DNA from: Promethearchaeota archaeon
GTDB taxonomy: Archaea; Asgardarchaeota; Lokiarchaeia; Sigyniarchaeales; SOKP01
Reading direction: 5' to 3'
Length of the DNA stretch: 42,847 bases
Assembly (NCBI GenBank): GCA_048938005.1
Contig: JBHLMQ010000026.1
Span: 1-42,847 of the forward strand
Positions 37,356-42,847 of this stretch are shown piece after piece. Made by a program: the position numbers and the translations under genes. The stretch's first letter is position 1, and the number at the start of each line of letters is the position of its first letter. Below the pieces are notes generated by a model, which was not told where the DNA came from, did not search any database, and worked only from the letters and a program-made list of their open reading frames with translations.

Positions 37356-38960
37356 TTATTCTTCAGGGCCCTTTGAGAGACTAGATGCTGCGATAACATC
37401 GTCAATTTTAAGAATCATAGAAGAGACTTCAGTTGCAGACTGGACGGCTTGAGTTAAAACTGATAAGGGTTCTAGAACACCTAACTTTACCATATCGTCT
37501 GGTTTTCCTGTATCAATATTAATACCATTAGAATTCCCTTCTTCAGTTTCATGTTTAGATCTTAACTCAACTATTAAATCTACTGGATTGTATCCTGCAT
37601 TTTCGACCAAAGTTTTTGGAATTACCTCTAAGGCATTAGCGTATACTTCAATTGCTAATTGTTCTCTTCCTCCGATTGAACGGGCATATGCCCTTAGCCG
37701 TTTAGCAAGTTCTATTTCAGAGGCGCCACCACCTGGTAAAATATAAGGTAGTTCAATAGCAGCTTTGACAACTGATAAGGCATCGTGTAGCATTCTCTCT
37801 GCTTCATCCACAACATGTTCAATTCCCGCTCGTATTAATATACTTACTGCTTTTGGATCTGCGCATTCTGAAATAATAATCATGTTATCATCTCCTATTT
37901 TCTTTTCTTCAACTTTACCAGCTTCCCCTAAATCATTTGCACCGATTTCGAAAATATTATTTATAATTTTTGCATTAGTAGCTCTTGCTAATTTCTCCAT
38001 ATCTGACCGCTTCACTCTTCTTACTGTTAATATGTCTTCCTTTGCTAGAAAATTTTGTGCTTTATCATCAATACCTTTTTGACAAAAAACGACATTAGCA
38101 CCACTATCTTTCAATTTTGCTACACGATTTTTTAGCATATTTGCTTCCTCTTCAAGAAACTTATTTATTTGATCGGGTGTTTGAACTCGGATTTCGGCAT
38201 CGAATTCTGTTTTTTCTACTTCTAATGATGAACTGATTAAAGCAATTTTGGCATCTTTAACTGATTTTGGCATCATTGGATGAACTACTTCCTTATCTAC
38301 GATAATCCCATCAATGATATCAGTGTCTAAAAGGCTTTTTCCTTCTTTTTTAATTATTTGAATTTGATCTAGATCTACTATGATATTAGCTCCACGTTCT
38401 TCTTTGATCTGATTAACAGCTTTAACAGCAATGTCAGCAAAATGATTTTTCACACCAGCAATTAATTTACTATTCATGGAAGTTTCTGCTACTTTCATTA
38501 AAGTGTCTGTATCATTAATTTCTATTTTTGTTGCTAATTCTTTTAGTATTTCTTTACTTTTCAATAATGCCTTTCTATAGCCTCTGAAGATAATCGTAGG
38601 ATGTACTGACTGTTCCATTAACTCTTCCGCAAGATTTAATAGTTCTCCTGAAATAATTACACTTGTAGTAGTTCCATCTCCAACTTTATCGTCTTGAGTC
38701 TTAGCTACTTCTACTAGCATTTTAGCTGCGGGATGTTCAACATCAATTGTGTCTAAAATCGTTGCTCCATCATTTGTTATTGTAACATCTCCTAAGGAAT
38801 CAACTAGCATTTTATCCATGCCTTTTGGTCCCAATGTGGTTCTAACAGCTTCAGCTACTGCTTTTGCAGCAGTAATGTTATTTTTTTGAGCATCCTTTCC
38901 ACGTTTTCTTTCAGTTCCTTCTTTCAATATAAGAATTGGAACACCGGATAATTGTGCCAT
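37356..38960 (-). CDS. ths: Thermosome (group II chaperonin) subunit
   Basis: [39 protein letters not shown]. Confidence 0.98.
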   Translation of the reverse strand: MAQLSGVPILILKEGTERKRGKDAQKNNITAAKAVAEAVRTTLGPKGMDKMLVDSLGDVTITNDGATILDTIDVEHPAAKMLVEVAKTQDDKVGDGTTTSVIISGELLNLAEELMEQSVHPTIIFRGYRKALLKSKEILKELATKIEINDTDTLMKVAETSMNSKLIAGVKNHFADIAVKAVNQIKEERGANIIVDLDQIQIIKKEGKSLLDTDIIDGIIVDKEVVHPMMPKSVKDAKIALISSSLEVEKTEFDAEIRVQTPDQINKFLEEEANMLKNRVAKLKDSGANVVFCQKGIDDKAQNFLAKEDILTVRRVKRSDMEKLARATNAKIINNIFEIGANDLGEAGKVEEKKIGDDNMIIISECADPKAVSILIRAGIEHVVDEAERMLHDALSVVKAAIELPYILPGGGASEIELAKRLRAYARSIGGREQLAIEVYANALEVIPKTLVENAGYNPVDLIVELRSKHETEEGNSNGINIDTGKPDDMVKLGVLEPLSVLTQAVQSATEVSSMILKIDDVIAASSLSKGPEE

Positions 38961-39088
38961 CTCTTATTCACTTTTTAAAATGTTAATTTAAAAAATTTCT
39001 TTATAATGATCTCTAAGTCATAAAATTAAAAAAGTTTACGAAAATTAATTCAGTACCTGATTTTTATTGGTTTTTTTTTAAAATTTTA

Positions 39089-40912
39089 TTGATGTTTTTA
39101 AAATTGAAGAATAATAAAGAAATAAAACATCTAATTATGATATTGATTTTATCTTTTTTAGGCTTAAGTATAATCTCTCTTATTGTTAATATTCTATTTT
39201 ATCTTTATAAGGTAAGAAAATATTATTTAAATCGAATTAAAATATTAATCTTCATCATTTTAATAGTTAATACAATATTTCTTATTATAAATTTACCCTT
39301 TTTTATTACTAATGATTCTAATTCGTTTATAGATAAAAAACATGGATTCTTTATTCCTACAATATTATTTAACTTAGCTAATGTATTATATAGTATTTCA
39401 ATTATTCTTTATTTATTCACTTTTTTAAGGGTCGATGAGAACATCATAGATCTTGAGATTCCTTCCCAATTGAGTAATAAAAAAGGGAATATTCCTATTG
39501 GAAGAATTTTAAGAGGAAAAGCAAAGAAACAAAAGTTTTATCTCTCTATAAAAGATCTTGAGAAGCATATGTTTATATGTGGGGCAACCGGAACAGGCAA
39601 AAGCAACTTTCTTCAAAATTTTTTAATCAATTTTAAAAAAATTTATAAGATTCCTTTTTTTCTGGTGGAATTTAAAGGAGAATATCACTTTCTACAAAAA
39701 AAAATAGAAGATGTTCTTATACTATGGCCTGGTGAAAATTTTTCCATAAATATTTTTAATCCGGGTAAGATAAGTCCTATAATTCATGCCGAAAGAATTT
39801 TTGATATTTTAAAAAGTGGAAAATTCTTAGATGAGAATGCGGAGTTTTCTCCGCAAATGGAAAAAGTATTAGTTGAAATATTAGTAAAGGTTTGTGAAAA
39901 CAAAGATTTTCAAAATTGGAAAGGTTTTGAATACTTTTGTAAAGATTATCTTAGAAAAAACAAAGATAATATCCCAATGTTAAACCAAACTCTAATAAGT
40001 ATAAAAAATCGAATCAGAAGATTTTCAATAGGGCCTTTGAAGAGATTATTTGAAAAGAAAAATGAGATTAATATTAATGATTTGTTTAAAAGAAACATTT
40101 TAATGGATTTAAGCTCAATTATTCGGTTAGGAGGCGAGAAAGAAGATGCTCTATTCTTTCTAAATATGATTTTGAAATATCTATGGGATAAAAATTTAAC
40201 TAAGGGAGCTTATAATTTCAACGGAATCCAACATATTACCATTATTGAAGATGCGCAATATTTTGCTCCACAAGATTTAATCAAAAAGAGTAAATTAACT
40301 ACTTATTTAGAAGATATTGCATTACTTCAAAGAGGAACTGGTGAATGTTTGATAACTCTAGCCACACGTCCAGATATAAGTAAGGAGATTCTAGCTAATA
40401 ATGGGATTGTATTAACGTTCAAAAATCATATAGAAAAAGAAATTATGTGTGAATTATTGAATATTGATATAGAAAATAAAAATTTTTTATCAATTTTAGA
40501 GGAAGGTCAATGTATAATAAGAGTTAATTCAATTAAAGACCCCTTTTTATTAAAAATACCCTTCGTTAAACATGAATCTCTACTGATTTCAGAAATTAAG
40601 AATATTAATCAATTAATCTTAAAAAAAAAAGAAAAGGATTTTGATTCGGTCTCAATGTTAAAGATTGTTAAGTTTAAGGATTATCTTAAGAGAGCCGTAA
40701 ATACAATTAAGAACATTTTTTCAATTAACGTAAAAAATGAAGATTTAGATCAAGATAAATCTAAAGAAAAACAATCTCGAAATTACGAAAAATCCAAAGA
40801 TAAGGTTGATACAAAAAGAAACGCCGAAGATTCTGCCTATGAGCTGAATTCATATAATAAATTGGAGACTTATATTAATCATCTCTATAAATTACAAAAG
40901 AAAAAGGAATAA
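39089..40912 (+). CDS. Membrane-anchored HerA/VirB4-like (DUF87) ATPase
   Basis: About three N-terminal hydrophobic helices, HMFICGATGTGKS Walker A, IIEDAQ Walker B variant. Confidence 0.82.
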   Translation: MMFLKLKNNKEIKHLIMILILSFLGLSIISLIVNILFYLYKVRKYYLNRIKILIFIILIVNTIFLIINLPFFITNDSNSFIDKKHGFFIPTILFNLANVLYSISIILYLFTFLRVDENIIDLEIPSQLSNKKGNIPIGRILRGKAKKQKFYLSIKDLEKHMFICGATGTGKSNFLQNFLINFKKIYKIPFFLVEFKGEYHFLQKKIEDVLILWPGENFSINIFNPGKISPIIHAERIFDILKSGKFLDENAEFSPQMEKVLVEILVKVCENKDFQNWKGFEYFCKDYLRKNKDNIPMLNQTLISIKNRIRRFSIGPLKRLFEKKNEININDLFKRNILMDLSSIIRLGGEKEDALFFLNMILKYLWDKNLTKGAYNFNGIQHITIIEDAQYFAPQDLIKKSKLTTYLEDIALLQRGTGECLITLATRPDISKEILANNGIVLTFKNHIEKEIMCELLNIDIENKNFLSILEEGQCIIRVNSIKDPFLLKIPFVKHESLLISEIKNINQLILKKKEKDFDSVSMLKIVKFKDYLKRAVNTIKNIFSINVKNEDLDQDKSKEKQSRNYEKSKDKVDTKRNAEDSAYELNSYNKLETYINHLYKLQKKKE

Positions 40913-40940
40913 TTTTAAGATATCAAAATTCAATATACAT

Positions 40941-42158
40941 ATGACACTAATAGTAGGAATTATTGGAAAACCTAGCAGTGGGAAAACTACTTTTTTAAAT
41001 GCAGCTTGCTTAACACATGCTAAGGTAAGTGAAATACCTTTTACTACAATCGAACCAAACAAAGGAGTTGCTTATGTAAAAACTAAATGTGTCTGTAAAG
41101 AATTACATGTTGAAGATAATCCAAAAAATTCAATATGCATTGATGGGAGTCGTTTTATACCAATCAATTTAATAGATGTAGCTGGATTAGTTCCAGATGC
41201 CCATAAGGGAAAAGGTTTAGGAAATAAGTTTTTGAACGACTTAATCAAAGCAGATGTTCTTTTGCATATAGTAGATATAACTGGATCTCTTGATAAGTCT
41301 GGAAAATTAATATCTATGGGGGAAAACGACCCATATGATGATATGATTTTCTTAGAAAATGAAATAAATTTATGGTTTAAAGAAATTCTTGAACGAGAAG
41401 ATTGGACCAAATTTACAAAATGGATTTTAGCTGAAAAAAGAAAAGTTGTTGAGGCATTCTATGAAAGACTATCCGGAATAAAGATAAATAAACAACAAAT
41501 TATTCTATCATTGAAAAATTCAAAGCTAGAAAGCAAAAATCCATCAACATGGACAGATCAAGAAATTTCCGATTTTGCAAAAACATTAAGGAGAATTTCT
41601 AAACCAATTTTAATTATAGCAAATAAAATTGATAAAGAAATTAGTGAACATAATTTAAAAGAGCTAAAAAAGAAATATGATGGCCCAATAATCCCATGTA
41701 GTGCGCTAGCAGAGCATTTTTTAAGGAAATATCATGAAGATAATTTAATTAAGTACATACCAGGATCGAATGATTTTGAAATTATTGATAAAGACAAATT
41801 GAACTCAAAAGAGCTAGATATGCTAAAAAAGATAAAATTAAAAATTTTAGAAACATATAATGGTACAGGTGTTCAAAAAGTACTGGATTATGCTTCATTT
41901 AATATAGCAAATCAAATTTGCGTTTATCCTGTATCTGATATTAATACTTTTTCAGATAACAAAGATAATGTATTACCAGACGCATTTCTTGTTAATAAAG
42001 GAACATTACTAAGAGATTTTGTGAGAGATAAAATTCATACAGATCTAGCTGAAAATTTTATGTTTGGTATTGATGCTAAAACAAAAAAAAGATTAGGAGA
42101 AAACTATGAATTACAAAATAATGATATTATAAAAATAATCACATCAAAAAGTAAATAG
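40941..42158 (+). CDS. ychF: Archaeal YchF/Obg-family translation-associated GTPase/ATPase
   Basis: GKPSSGKTT, PFTTIEPN, DVAGLVP.AH.G.GLGN.FL, ANKID, C-terminal TGS domain (IHTDL). Confidence 0.92.
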   Translation: MTLIVGIIGKPSSGKTTFLNAACLTHAKVSEIPFTTIEPNKGVAYVKTKCVCKELHVEDNPKNSICIDGSRFIPINLIDVAGLVPDAHKGKGLGNKFLNDLIKADVLLHIVDITGSLDKSGKLISMGENDPYDDMIFLENEINLWFKEILEREDWTKFTKWILAEKRKVVEAFYERLSGIKINKQQIILSLKNSKLESKNPSTWTDQEISDFAKTLRRISKPILIIANKIDKEISEHNLKELKKKYDGPIIPCSALAEHFLRKYHEDNLIKYIPGSNDFEIIDKDKLNSKELDMLKKIKLKILETYNGTGVQKVLDYASFNIANQICVYPVSDINTFSDNKDNVLPDAFLVNKGTLLRDFVRDKIHTDLAENFMFGIDAKTKKRLGENYELQNNDIIKIITSKSK

Positions 42159-42398
42159 AAAAAATCAATCCTGTTTTGAAGTCAAGAGAATATATATAAG
42201 AATTATAATTAATAAAATGATTCCGAAAAAAACCAAGAGGAAATTAAACATTTCGTCAGTCTGAAATAAAAAAAGCACAATACCTATCAAAATTACATAC
42301 AACTTCATACCTATATTGAATATTTAATGAGTAATTAAAAAATTTCTTATTTTTCAAAAAATATAAAGAATATGTTAATAATATAGTTGAAAAAGAAA

Positions 42399-42500
42399 TG
42401 GACCTGACGGGAATTGAACCCGTGACCTCTTGAATGCAAGTCAAGCGATAAAGGTTGGTACGACACCGAACCCAACAATCTTCCACTGATCTACAGGCCC
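42399..42500 (-). tRNA. tRNA-Ala(UGC) with 30-nt D-stem intron at 24/25 (42448-42477)
   Basis: GGGCCTG/CAGGTCC acceptor with G3-U70, CTTGA-CTTGCAT-TCAAG anticodon arm, GAAG/CTTT BHB helix plus GTTGG/CCAAC stem. Confidence 0.93.
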
Positions 42501-42684
42501 ATTTAATTTACTAATTATAACTTATATAGAAAACATTAATAATTAAAATTTTTTATTGTTTTGAAACAAACGATTTGAAGCCGTTAAATAAAACAATTTA
42601 GTTATTTAATTTTTAATCAATAAAAATTAAAAAAAAGTTTATTAAGAACTTACCTAAGAAAGTTAATTAGTTACATAAAATAAA

Positions 42685-42847
<163 letters not shown>

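Noticed and set aside
3120-41410. Many short ORFs nested in or antisense to long genes (e.g. 5272-5562, 7247-7630, 24585-24980, 32294-32626, 33573-33779, 37765-38082, 41072-41410)
   Set aside because: Shadow frames of well-supported genes with no recognisable motifs.
42256-42486. 76-aa minus-strand ORF
   Set aside because: Overlaps tRNA-Ala and AT-rich spacer; no protein motif.

Overview
AT-rich archaeal chromosomal segment, very likely from an Asgard archaeon (Lokiarchaeia-like; inferred from a profilin, a Rab/Ras-like GTPase, roadblock, RING-type and PAC-like proteins and an enlarged 23S ES9). It runs from inside a 23S rRNA gene (left end, minus strand) to the 3' end of a 16S rRNA gene (right end, minus strand), so the two rRNA genes are about 40.7 kb apart. 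Between them lie about 40 mostly housekeeping genes: translation and ribosome biogenesis (aRF1, aIF2beta, aIF1, NMD3, Rio1, Pno1/Dim2, Tsr3, YchF), CoA biosynthesis, FtsZ, TFB, Rpo12, RPA1/RPA2, thermosome, MfnB, plus six tRNA genes that all carry introns (8 introns, 6 at non-canonical positions). Two real genes are missing from the ORF track: Rpo12 and aIF1/SUI1. The top observation is that aIF1, the start-codon fidelity factor, has no possible ATG/GTG/TTG start for the full-length protein and appears to initiate at ATT behind a good Shine-Dalgarno motif, which suggests an IF3/eIF1-style autoregulatory loop. All calls come from reading motifs by eye; no database searches were run.
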